Shown here piece after piece: positions 14,501 through 26,179 of a stretch of 64,000 nucleotides of DNA. Positions within the stretch are counted from its first letter, which is position 1; each line of letters starts with the position of its first letter. The stretch covers positions 1,612,001 to 1,676,000 of the forward strand of contig JBHGNT010000018.1 in assembly GCA_043228905.1 (NCBI GenBank). Reading direction: 5' to 3'. The stretch comes from Azolla caroliniana. Lineage: Eukaryota; Plantae; Polypodiophyta. The notes below the pieces were generated by a model, which made no database searches, was not told the DNA's origin, and saw only the letters and a program-made list of their open reading frames with translations. A program made the translations under genes and the position numbers.

Positions 14501-17500
14501 CAAGTCTACAAGAAAGAATATATAAGTAATGAACTCTCTCCTCTCCAACTGTCTTTAGCTTGTACATTGATGAATTGGAATAAATGGTTGAGTTTGTACG
14601 ACAAGAAGGCATTGAAGAGGTTACCACTGGGAATGATCGTGAAGACTCTGAATAACGATAAATCATGCATTGTTTATGACAATGAGGCAATAGAAACCAT
14701 ACAAAGATTCAAATAACTTGGGCTTGAAATTTCCCCCAATCACAGATAGAATGAATGTGCTACTCACTGCTTCGGAGACAGAATGAGTGCTTACTATGCA
14801 TTTGTGAACATATAAAATGAAGGAAAATATAAATATGGGGGTTTCTCATGAAGTACCTCTTTGACACTTGGGTGACACTTCAAGTGATAGAGTGGTATAA
14901 TGATAAAAAATGTTCAGCGCTCTTACTTCTAGAGATAAGGAGACACAAAGAGGGCCTCAAGGGAAAGCTCGTCATTGAAATGCTCTCCATAGGCAGAGAA
15001 ACATAATAGATTCCTTCCATGTGGATACTACTAGGAACACTCATCGTGGTGTATAAGCAAGCAGCCCAGCAAGAGTGGATTCACAATTTAGAGGAATCAC
15101 AAAAACTAGATCCATGTCATTGTACAAGCATTAAAGCTATGGAATCCTGTCAGAGCTCAGACAAGCCCCGCATAATGAACCACTGGGGGCGAATGTACCA
15201 CCACACATTATCTCTGAGAGAAATATCCAAGCAGCAGGGGATCCAACAGACAACATAAAGTTATACTAAAAACTTTACAATTGATGATGTCTATGATAGG
15301 CATCTATCTCTTCAGAAGTGAACATATCAAAGTGCTTCTTGAGTATCTTGTAATCGTGAGCATAAAGACCAGACCCAATGAAGCCAGCCCATATAATAAA
15401 TATACGCCCTATTAATGATATCACTAGAGAACTGCTCCCTAAGAGATATATAAATATTCTATAACCCAGCACATGAAAGCCATAGACTAGGGTACATCAC
15501 AGATCACAAGCATACAAATGAAACGAGAAATGAACTAGAGACTACAGCACAAGATCCTCAAACATGGGCCAGTGCAGCTGCTAAGGTATCTACAATTAGG
15601 CCTACATCAACAGTTTGGCACTGAAAATAAACAAACTGGAAGATTGATATGATGCGATCAAATAGAGGTTCAAAGTTGACTGAGAAACTCTGATTGTTTC
15701 CAGCATGCAGCCAATGGTATAACTGAGTCAGTACAGCATCCTGCTGATTATTTTACACAAAATATGAAAAGAAAGATACATTTATCATCTGGTTGTGCTA
15801 GATTCAAGGGACTCAAACACCCTCTCAGATCCAAACAAGGAAGCAGATCTAAAATTTCTAAAAACACCAAGCTCGAGCATCTGTCGAGTCATCTGACCCA
15901 GAAGACATGTATTTTCACACTTGCCCACAATTGATGTAGTGCCTGCAGGGGGCGGGGGGAGGGAGAGAGACAAGGTAGACCTGGTTATCCACAAAACAAC
16001 AATCTGCATGTGATAAATGCATAGAGGACCAAGGGCAACTTCACACTCACCGGTGAATAAGTGAGGGACTTTCCGCCTCTATGTAAGATCCAGCAAGAGG
16101 TAGTGTACCAAACCGTATTGAATTACAGCTGGTTAGACTATAAGAAACAACAAGCAATTAATAGATGCATAAGGAGACATCTTTGAGATGTTGGCCAATA
16201 GATCCATGCATATAATTGCATATGTCTATGCGCTCCAGTACAGGGATCTTTAATTTGCTGATTATTTAAATCATATTTCAGATCTAGTGGAAATCCTCTC
16301 ATTGACGTGTTTTCTCGTGTTTCATGATAAAGGATGAGAGGTACCACCCTGATTGTCTTCACACCCATTCAGATTCCAAGGACAGTTTCATCTGTTCCAT
16401 TCCCAATAAGAGCCTCTCTATCTCCAATAACCCTACAATGGAAAAGTTGAAGAAAATATCCATTGATTAGTTTCTACATTTTTCAGCCACATACCTGGTT
16501 CTAAAAGGAGGCCGCATTTCAGAGAAACATTATTCTAGTAGTCTTAATAATTTTGTATTTTGTCTGCCCTCATTGTTATTCCTAATGAGAAGTAAATGCT
16601 TTTTGTATTCATCAGATGTGCACTATAGGTATTTATGGTAATGTCGATGCAATCAACTATGAAAGGTAGTGTTTCCTTTCAATTGTTCAAGGGAAGGTCG
16701 AAAAAATGGTTTGATCCAACAGTTGATAACCTTATATCGCATGGCAATGTTTCCTTCCAAGTTCTAAATGTTCAACAGAATGCAGGATTTGAATGATACG
16801 CACACCCTTCAATTGTGACACAAGACAAATTGGGATTTTTAGCGATCAATCTACCTCAATATTCATTCTCATGCAATTACTATATATAATTTTGCACATT
16901 GCAGAAGAAACGTCAGACTGAGTAAGAAAGCAAACAAACTTGCAATCAGAGATCAACCTGTGAAGTTTCTGGAATGCCCAAATGGAGGCAATTCGAAATA
17001 TTAACTGCAGTCAAATTTCTATCGAAACAGGATATGCCTTTTAATTTCTGTAAACAGTACAAAAAGCTTTTAACTTCCTGGTGAGCATCTAAATTACAAA
17101 ATGCGCATGTTTACATCTGCAGGCAGAAAAAATGCATTGCAATATTGCAATATGTTCATGAATGCATATTATACAGAAGAGCAGAAGCCAATAGAAACCT
17201 TGCTATCTCCACATTTATGGTTACAAGATCCTGGTACAGTAGGGTACCAAAAGTATAACGAAGAAAACTTATTCACATATGTAATAGTTGGCTTCAATCT
17301 GCAATTTTTAGTTTTCCAATTGGTGCAAGTTTCCCCACCATCTGGTCACACAAAGACCATCATCAATAGATGTCTAAAACTTATTTTCTCTAAAAGATGT
17401 TCTAACAATCCATGCTGCTATTTGAATAAAAAGTTGATTCTAATTTAATGTTTCCTGAAGTATTTATATGCAGTGGCATGTTCAAAATTTACGTAACGCA

Positions 17501-18363
17501 AACAATCCTACATGCTTATATATAAAATATACTTAGACTCAGTCTGTATGCTCCTGACTGCATTAAGTGGCTTACTAGTGAGCCCATTTCTAGGTTCTTG
17601 TTCAACCATCAAATCTGATATCTGCAATAATCCTTGAACAATCTGCAGTCACACAAATATTTTCAAATGTCAAGAGTGTAAGCGCAATATCGTCTATGCA
17701 TCAAAAACTTTCACGCGGATGGTGTAAAATTCTTCACATAACGTATAATCTTTCATATGTCAAAAGACTGAAAATTCAAAACATATTTAAAGTTACGTTT
17801 ATAAATCGTTTTGTATCCATGGAAAGAAAATCTCATAAGAAATAAATGTGAAACAACCTATGACATCTTTATTGAACTGTTAGAGGTTCGTATGTCAAGA
17901 CTGAGAACAAGTTGTGCAAACAAATTCCTATGTAGGAAAAAAAATCGTACGTAGAAAACCACAAAGTTGATTAAAATAACAACATTGAGAACAAAATGTG
18001 CCAAAAAAACCTACGGATTGGAATACAGAAATATATAGATAGATAGATTTTTCCATTATAACTGTTAATAGAAATATTACGTAAATCACTAACTAATATG
18101 TACTATCAAGGATAAAATAATCATTAATCGAGAGATATGATCGAGTAAAATATAAAGATGACATAGTCACCAACCCGGAGATATTAGAAAAGAGAGAAAA
18201 AAACACAAGCAAATAAATACTGACCAAAGAACAAATATTCATTAAAACCAGGAGATATCTAAGCCGAGAAAGTAAATTCACTAACCTGGAGGGATGCTGG
18301 GATCAGAAACGCAATCAAGAATGTGAAGTCGTGTAGCAGCTTCATCTTCATCTTTTTCTCCAT
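2570..18363 (-). CDS. 17-exon type I membrane protein (~856 aa): signal peptide, ~4 ADAMTS-type TSP1 repeats, EGF-like, CC..D.CG.C.GD Cys-rich repeats, spacer, Cys-rich/EGF-laminin-like module, TM helix, cytoplasmic tail
   Basis: Exons: 18363-18286, 17642-17576, 17341-17199, 17047-16958, 14505-14414, 14307-14052, 11115-11044, 9327-9190, 6424-6260, 5846-5785, 5704-5485, 5295-5137, 5023-4940, 4866-4614, 4215-3922, 3450-3334, 2850-2570. All are GT-AG with matching phases, totalling 2571 nt with no internal stop. Motifs: MKMKLLHDFTFLIAFLIPASLQIVQG (signal); WNECSESCGWGYQTRKEVC and YWDASSWSACPKTCGGSKRVRNVTC (TSP1); CSKNGICQDDACICFDGWEGLNC and CSGHGICFDTTGECSCFEGHGGPDC (EGF); YIGMLILLLVFLVIIIGVIVYI (TM). 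Confidence 0.88.
6700..8420 (-). mobile_element. Decayed coding-like relic (probably transposon-derived) in intron 8 of the TSP1 gene
   Basis: Higher-GC block with several broken minus-strand ORFs (7699-7932, 7363-7557, 6997-7182). The host gene model does not need it. Family not recognised. Confidence 0.35.
6892..7209. repeat. Tandem duplication, ~159 bp x2
   Basis: ctgagatgtagcattgattagctgacttggtctactccatggttgaca...cccacctcgtcaga...tacactat occurs twice head to tail. Confidence 0.9.
10065..10267. repeat. Diverged tandem duplication, ~110 bp x2
   Basis: gtgaatg.tttgaa.aa..cttgaag.tcagcaccaacact...caacaat.tataa.caaataca is repeated. Confidence 0.8.
13051..13293. repeat. Tandem duplication, ~122 bp x2
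   Basis: catggtat(t)tgtctacttttatt.ttatccaataattatactaagg...ctgactgaaacagtag occurs twice. Confidence 0.9.
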
Positions 18364-18470
18364 CTTCTTCTCCTTCTCTGGTGATGAATGTGCTGTCTTT
18401 GAGAGGTCCCTGTAGATATAGAGGGTTTAGATGCCATGGAATCCTTTCCTTCTGGCGATTGAGCTTCCAT
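18348..18470 (-). promoter_or_regulatory. Putative 40-codon upstream ORF overlapping the TSP1-gene start
   Basis: ATG 18470 gives MEAQSPEGK...HHQRRRRRWRKR*. It spans the first main ATG (18363), and its TGA overlaps the second in-frame ATG (ATGA). The TSS is unknown. Confidence 0.4.
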
Positions 18471-18577
18471 AGCGAACGAACTGACGAGGAAGAAACGCTG
18501 AAGTGTACTGTGTATATATGTACATACATACATACATACACATTATACATATATGTGCATGCGTTAAAAACGAGGGA

Positions 18578-19108
18578 AATGGTTAATTCCTAAATTACCC
18601 CTCGTACTTTCTGCTAATATCAGAAAATGCCCCCCCACGTATAAAATACTGAGGATTGGTTTTATACGCGGTAGTATTGAAACTATGCATCTCCGTATAA
18701 ATACAAGGGGGTAATATCGAAATGACACGCCTTGTATAAAAATACGAGGAATAGCATAGAAAATACGCCCGTTGTATTTATACAAGGGGGGTGACATATC
18801 GAGACTTCGCACCTCGTATGACACGAATGGCCTTTCCGAGATTGCCCCTTGTAAGAGGGGTATTTTTCAAGATTACCTCCTCATTTATTACCGCAAGACA
18901 GATGTGTATAATACAAGGGGTGGTGATCCCAATAAGCTTAGGTAATGCCGGTAGAGCCCCTCATATAACAAAGGTTAAAATCTCAAACGTGTGCATATAA
19001 GGTGGTATGTCTTAGTGTTCCACTTCAATATGTTGGTAGATGAATAAAAGAGGTTATATTGAAAACACCCCTTGTACAATAACATGGGGTAATATCAAAT
19101 TAGCCCCT
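18578..19108. mobile_element. Possible Mutator-like MITE relic upstream of the TSP1 gene
   Basis: The ends are imperfect inverted repeats (ggttaattcctaaattacccc ... ggggtaatatcaaattagcccc). acaagggg/ccccttgt motifs recur internally in both orientations. No clear TSD. Confidence 0.35.
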
Positions 19109-22100
19109 TCAAATGTATATGTATGTGTTTCCACTACGGTATTCTCATGTGCATAATATGCTCAAAGAAGAACGATCGTCAATAGTCATAATATCGTTGT
19201 AATAGCCCTCGTTATACCCCTGCTAATCAAAACATATGTTTTCACTCCCCCACTAATCCATAGCAACAAGTTTAAAATGTTTGTGTTTTCCCTTAACCTA
19301 AATGGTGGGGCTTCTAAATCAATTTTGTTCTCGTAATGCATGATTGCATCACGTGTCTCCATCTAGTTACTACGTTTTATAATGCAATTATGAGAATATC
19401 CTAAACTCAATGACATGCCACCTAGTTATCGTAGTGAATTCAACTCACGTTGCTTCAAATAAAAATATGTCCATAACCCCATAATTATCACAGTTGTTTC
19501 ACTTCCAATTAATGATGCTTAAAAAGGTGAACTAGTTATTAATATTTAAACTCTTATTTTAGGTAAATGGGAATATCTTTGATTTTAAAGCTACACATGG
19601 ACAAGTTTACATGAATTGTCCTCATAGAGACAAATTGAATGTTATCATGTACTAGGGCATGTTCATTATTGGCATCGTTTAGGATGAGGTGTTGCGAGGT
19701 TTTCGTATCATTGGTTAAGTTTAAACCCTCCATAGAATAGGACATATTGAAAATATATACCAAAATATAAGTGTGTCTTTGCATATGACATGTTGAATTG
19801 AATATTTGTTTATTCAAGGGTAATCCTCCAACCATCAAACTACAACACGATGCAATAAATCCAAATTTTGTCTAGATATTCGCAAGAACCTCGCTTAATA
19901 TTGTCACACTTAAGATTTGGGAGGCCCACTTAAATTAAGAGGAACTTCATGTGCACAATCATAAATGTTGTGGCTTAGATGATAGGGCATCATCTAGAAA
20001 GAGACATATATGATTGGAGACAAAAAAATATCCATCCACTTGTTAGAGATTGTGATGTAGCAACTCTTGATTTGAAAACACAAGATTAAAAGCATGCATG
20101 GTAGTTGACTGTGATTTAGTTAATTATTCATGACCTAATCCATTAAGTTATTCTTAAACATATTTCCTTTGTCTTTCGTGGAAAACTTCCACGTCAATTA
20201 CTTCTACTCTTAATGCATATCAAATTTAGGTTGTCGGCTATAACCTTTGATGATCATATATATTTCATTCAATGCTCCTACATAACATTTTCTTATATTC
20301 TTTGTCGAGAGAGGACCAATTGTTGCCATTCCTCCCAAATTCTACGATTTTTGTTTGTTATGCAAAAAAGAAGGATTTGTTCTTTGAATTGGTTTTGTCA
20401 TGCCTAACGTGCTTACGATGAACAATAGATTGACAAAGGTCACAATTTGTGAATGTTCATTTCATGTGATTGTATTAGAATATTTGTCTGGTTGCTTCTT
20501 TGAATTTACTCGTAGTGGATGGATGAGACATGTATCAATGTAATTATGTATGTATCCATACATGTAATAAGGAAGTGTGTGCATGTGTGATCCTAAACGA
20601 TTAGAAAGAGTAAGAAGCAAACCTTTTGTTAGCGTTCCCTAACATTAAACAATTGCATTATAGAATGTATTTCCTTTCGTGTAGAATATGTTTCTTGATG
20701 CAACAAATGAAAGATAAGCATCGTATATCACACCTTGATAGATAGGAAGCATGTATAGGGTCTAGGGATACAACATGCACGCGAAAGATTTTAGAACACC
20801 ACCAAGGAAGAGCAAGAGTGGCATCACATATGATCACTTTATGTTGACAATGATAGGTGATCAGTGACAATTATGTACTTTATTGGAGAAGTGAATGGGC
20901 CCACAAAAGAAATCTCGACTCAAAAGCATTAAAAGACAATTGAAGAGCATCATGGCAACATTCACAAAAGCCTATCACGTAATTGTTATGTCTATAAATC
21001 AATAATCAAATCTTATCTACCATGTTCAAAAACCATATGTTGGCATTGACTTTTAACTCTTTGTTTCGTGGAAAAGTTGTCAATGTTGTTTTGATGCCAT
21101 TCCACTTTTTATCACCAAACTAGTAGCACCCGTTCACTCCGTGTTGGAAAAGACATCATTGTCAATGTTGTAATGTCATTTTCCAGGAGCAATCTAGTTA
21201 TATTTATATGATATCCATCTAGAAATGTGAAGAGTTCATATATCTATCAAACCTATTGTGCGCTCACAATTATTGGCTACTCATGGTTTAGTTTGATTGG
21301 GTAATGAATGAATATTAAGTACATTGAGATTGAATGGGTAATGCAACAAACCTTATTATTGCGTGTTTTACAACCTAGGAATGGAAAATATCTCATTAAA
21401 AAACATATTATCACACTTATTATTTTTCGTCAAACCTTCCTCGTTGGAATGGTCAATAAGTACTTGTAGATGCAAAGTATTCTCTTGTTCATACCAAATT
21501 TACACTTTCAAGTTCAATGTGGTCCCGAGCCATAATCTTGGGATATCTAAGGAAATGCAATGCATTATCTTACTAATATCAGGTTAAAGAAAGAACATTA
21601 AATATAGTGTTTCAAATCTAATGGACAATCAAGAAATTGGTCCAAAACCAGAATCTTGGGAGATGCAAGAGAACACAATGCCCTATCTTACTAATGTCCC
21701 ATTGGAAAAACAAACATTAGATATTTTTGAAGTGTTTCAAGTCTAATGGCTAATTAAGAAGTTTCAAATATGTAATCTTCGTGAATGTTTGTGTACATTC
21801 ATGCATTTGAGAAGTTCCACAAGAATAGCATTCTTTTTTTTATATACTCGCATAATGTCGTTCAATTGTAGGTTATCCTTATTCTAATTGCAAAGATAGC
21901 TTTCCAAATTTGCATGCACAATATAAAATGAGCAAGAAACCACCTTATGTTGCCCCTTTGACTCTACAAACGAGGCATAGGTGTTTATAATATGGTCTTT
22001 ATAAGAGGTAAATGAAGACGTACGATTTTATCTTTCTCTCTCTTTGTACATATTGGCTCACCATTTGTCCAATAAAAAACTCAATCATTGAAAAGAGTAT

Positions 22101-23290
22101 TTATCTTTCTTGATTGTTCATGCAGAGAAATGGAGGAGAGTAAGAACACTGTGTAAAACGGTAAGTAGTAAAGAGAGACAAGCAAGCGCAACAAGTGTAT
22201 TTCCTTCTACATTCAAATTACTCAAAAAGTGTAATTCGTCTATTATAGTGAAAGGAGCATCAAACAACCCTTTAAATCCAAAACCAAATACATCGTCCAC
22301 GAGATGATTTCTTTCACGTTCCTATGAGATAATGCAATGATGTGAGGTTGGTGGCAGGAGAGGATCAAATCCAAACAGATCAGAGTGATCTCCGTTTGTT
22401 GTACAACGAAAAAGGATGATGCGAGCTTTTACTATGTAATCTAAAAGGAATGCTTGTTATTATTGTCGAGAACCTAACACGTGACAATGTTTTGGGAACC
22501 TCGGATGCTCGACGATATATTTACGTTCTCGTGTGCCGGAAACACGTAGTTTCGATGGGTGTGAGAGACTAGAGGACAGAAGGACAAGGCGAGTCGAGTC
22601 GAGTCTACGGGTCACAGTGCGAAAGGAAGGAGAGATTGTCGTGTGAGGGGCACTATCTAGCAGGCCGTGGGGCAAGAGGGCGGTTCGGACAATGGCGGGC
22701 GGAGCCTATCGCTCGCGTGACGATGCTTCTTGGGGGAGGTGAAGAAGAAGGGTAGTTGGGATTGGGGTGTCCCACACGAGACTACACCCAACAAAAAGTA
22801 AAGCTAAACTTAGAGGTTCACCAAAAACAGGAGAAGAAGAAGAGAGGGACCTTCCATTGGGCTTTGGCTTTGGCTTTGGCTTTGGCTTTTTGCTTCTTCA
22901 ACAGAAGATAAGAGAAGAGAAAAGAACTCAATTCACTGCGCGTGTGAGCAACTGCTTGAATGCAAGCGAATCTAAAAAATCAGAAGAAAAAAATAGTCAA
23001 AAAATAAAATAAAAATAAAGCAGCCAATAAAAAAAACACACACACACAAAAGGATATTATGATTTTCCTGTAAAAAAAGGGAATTTTTATTGGATTGATT
23101 CCCCAAACCATCCGAAGATTCTCTCTGAATCTGTACTCTCTTCCGCCTCAAAGATAAACCAATCCGAGAATTAGCGCTAATCACACGATTAGAGCTCCCT
23201 AATCACGGATTAATCCGTCTTACCCCCCCCTCTGCCTCTGCAGTAAAGAAACCTTTCTCTTAATTTGGGCAGCCATTAGGCTTGCCATCC

Positions 23291-23722
23291 CTTAATTAGC
23301 GTTCCATCTTTTCCTGCGCTTTCTGTTTCGTTTGTTTTTTTTTTCCCTTCTTTCTTTCAGAATCCATCTAATTAATTCTTCTTCTTCTTCTTCGTCTCTG
23401 ATTCTTAATTAGCGTTCCATCTTTTCCTGCGCTTTCTGTTTCGTTAGTTTTTTTTATTGTTTTTTTTCCCTTCTTTCTTTCAGAATCCATCTAATTAATT
23501 CTTCTTCTTCTTCTTCAGCTTCGTCTCTGATTCTTCTTCTTCTTCTTCTTTAACTTCGTCTCTGATTCTTCTTCTTCTTCTTCTTCAGGTTCGTCTCTGA
23601 TTCTTCTTCTTCTTCTTCTTCTTCAGGTTCGTCTCTGATTCTTCTTCTTCTTCTTCTTCAGCTTCGTCTCTGATTCTTCTTCTTCTTCTTCTTCTTCAGC
23701 TTCGTCTCTGATTCTTCTTCTC
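23291..23722. repeat. Compound repeat: ~115 bp duplication followed by ~7 copies of a cttcgtctctgatt(ctt)n(cag) minisatellite
   Basis: Directly visible; ends about 15 nt before ATG 23736. Confidence 0.92.
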
Positions 23723-23735
23723 TTTCCATACTTGA

Positions 23736-24885
23736 ATGGGCTTCTCCTTCCACAACCTCCAAACCTGGCTATGGAGAAACCCTAGCTCCAAATCCTCCTC
23801 CGAATCCAACCCTAACTCTCACCCTAACCTTCGCACAGGGCAGGCGCGGCTCCCTCAGCCTCAATCTCGGTTGCAGAGCATCGACCTCGACGACTCAGAC
23901 ATGGTGATAGTCACATCTACTGCTCATGACCATAGCTACTGCTCGAGGTCGGACTCTGAGGACGGCTCGACAGGGTCCGAAGATTGGTCAGTCGGATGGT
24001 TCGAGCCACACGCGCCCGATTTCTCCTGCACAGATGATGGCACAGGCGGAGAATGCGAAGAAGATGCAGAGAATAGCTTCGCGGTGTTAGTACCTTGTTA
24101 TGGTGGTGCATCCAAGGGTTTTGATCATGGATTGAAGGAGCAGGAGGAGAAGCAGAAGAAGCAGAAGAAGGATGAAGAATCTGAGGCCCTTACAGTGTTC
24201 GATTCAGGCTCTAAATCCCAACTCTGGGCTGCTGTTCTCTCCACCATTGCAGCAAACCCTCGTGCAGGTAAAGGTAAGAGCCATGAATACATACTGATAC
24301 AGGCATACATGATTGCATCTACATGCATGCTTACACAGGCCTAGGATTCATGGTTCAAGCAGTCTTATACACATGGAAGAATTAGGGTTTTAAGCTGTCA
24401 TTCATCCATTTTTTCTGAATGTACACTTCACCATTCAGACCTCTTTTTAATCAGAAATCTAATGAAGCAGACGAGGAGACTGTTTTCTTTAGATCCATTC
24501 CCATATAAATCCCTGAAAAAAATAAATATCAAAATGCAGAAGAAGTAGCTACCGTGAAGCATGACTATAAACCCAAGTAAACCCTAAACCCTAATCCAAT
24601 GAAGCAAATGAAGAAAGTGTTTAAATTAGTGCAGCAATCTGCAGCAAAAAGAAGAAGAGATCCATGTGCAGATGTGGCTTTTTAGAGTGTCTGAAAGAGA
24701 GATAGAAATCAACAGATTGGATTTATCCAGAAAGTAGAGCATTTTTTTGGGATGATCCTTCCATGGTTTTAGCACACATAATTTATAATATGAGTCTCAT
24801 GGTGGTCAATTTGTGTGTGTGTTTTTTTTGTCTTGCAGAGACAAATCAGTACTTGCTGCAATGGATTTCCTCCTTGGAATCATAA
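23736..24885 (+). CDS. Uncharacterised conserved plant protein (2 exons)
   Basis: Exon 1 23736-24273 (or -24267, tandem donors); exon 2 24839-24885 (ETNQYLLQWISSLES*). Contains the DWSVGWFEPHAPDF...ENSFAVLVPCYG motif, which I recognise from an unnamed land-plant family. Confidence 0.8.
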
Positions 24886-26096
24886 CATAAGCTTCCAGAT
24901 TAGATCGCAGGTCCGATCCGATCCGTTTTCCGAATTAATCGAAGTCACAAGGAGGACGGCAAAAAATATGGTGCAAAAACCAGAGTTAAAACACAAGAAC
25001 ACCAAGTAAAATTATAATGCCAAGAGTCATATGAAAATCACAAGAAAAAAAACAAAAAACTTAATTGTCCATAGCCTAGATTGATGATGGTTTACGGATT
25101 TTCTCATGATGTACACAAATTACTATAACTTTTTGTACATAGGATCGAAGATCATGGGGAGGAAAATTCGAATTTTGCTCATGTATGTGCATGTATATAT
25201 CGATGGAAGAAAATCGAAATTAGGATAGAAACTCGATTAGTAGAGTATATCGATAAGTTGTTGCCATTATTAAGCACAAAGGATTCATTAGAGTGATGGA
25301 CGGATTGACTTTTGTGGCATGGAATGTGTCATAAGTGTAAGATACAAGAATAACTCATTAGGTTGATGGATTTGTTATCACCTTGACCATGTACCTTCCT
25401 CTAATCTCACCATTCTTTTGTCATGACTTGCTTTATTTGTTGTAACTTGTACATATTCGCAATTATTCAAATAACAGACACTGTTTGATAAGTCTTCCTT
25501 CCTCTCTCTTCGTGTTTTCTGGGGGGAGTCATTGATTGATTGATTGCTTCAATTGTAGTTAATGTCAATCTTCATAATTATTCAAGAAATTTTTATTTAC
25601 CGAGTTTCCACACGAAAAAGTACAAAGAAAAAGTCATGGATCTCTCTTGAGTAGGAATGTTTTAGAAAAATGACAAAAGGTTAACAATGATGGAGGAAAT
25701 AATGCAAAATTATCTCTTCGAGGGGTTGATCATGTGTGTTTAGAGAGGTAACTGAAGTCAGGGACATGTTGCGAAATAGCTTCACAAAGGGGTATTTTGG
25801 GGAATAACATAAGTTAGAGACGTATGAGGGAACTGTTCATGCAAAATCATGGGTTCTATACTGGGGGGCATGATCGAAGGTGTTTTGGTAGACAAAAAGA
25901 AGCATAACAACATCTTAAGAAATAAGAGAAAAATGATGGGATTTGTTTCAAGCAATTTAGGGTTTTAAGAATGAAGATGGTGTTTGGGGCGATCAACAAA
26001 AAGTTAGGGACATGTGAGGAAATAACGCAATAGTAGGCACTAGGTCTTTCAAGAAACTCATTATTATCAAAGGATTGAGTTGAAAGCTTCAACTCA

Positions 26097-26179
26097 GCTG
26101 GTTTGCCCGAGTGGTTAAGGGGGGCGACTTAAGATCGCCTGCACTCAAGTGCGCGTGGGTTCGAACCCCACAGCCAGCA
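26097..26179 (+). tRNA. tRNA-Leu-TAA: tRNA-Leu (anticodon UAA)
   Basis: GCTGGTT/AGCCAGC acceptor stem with discriminator A, D-loop GAGTGGTTAA, anticodon arm GGCGA-CTTAAGA-TCGCC, long variable arm and GGTTCGAACCCC T-arm. Confidence 0.96.

Larger units (their letters stand above)
9798..16534 (-). pseudogene. Putative decayed multi-exon oxidoreductase gene (DOMON-like / cytochrome b561 / cytochrome b5 / FNR-type reductase) interleaved with TSP1-gene exons 5-7
   Basis: Exon-like fragments, several with AG/GT ends, lie in introns 4, 6 and 7. In order they read LAAALAH|G, AYHRHHQL, IHS, SLYHSIT (four His), TKYKYAQFE..G*YAFDI, VPGKYLILNF, HVQR|TCIYTPF, KIAGPY and VVVC(+1 nt)GPE. Several stops and frameshifts are present. 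Confidence 0.55.

Noticed and set aside
15564-16432. EXORDIUM/phi-1 similarity of intronic fragments
   Set aside because: The resemblance is superficial and out of order; the His pattern fits cytochrome b561 better.
14506-16957. An ADAMTS metalloprotease domain in the TSP1 gene
   Set aside because: No HExxHxxGxxH was found, and exons 4 and 5 join directly to complete a TSP1 repeat.
17342-17420. In-frame TGA (VFV*PDGGETC) suggesting selenocysteine or read-through in the TSP1 gene
   Set aside because: The donor A|GTAAG at 17576 and acceptor CCAG|AT at 17341 give NGGETC in phase, which places the TGA in the intron.
22110-22307. Overlapping short ORFs with an exon-like segment
   Set aside because: No recognisable motif or partner exons.
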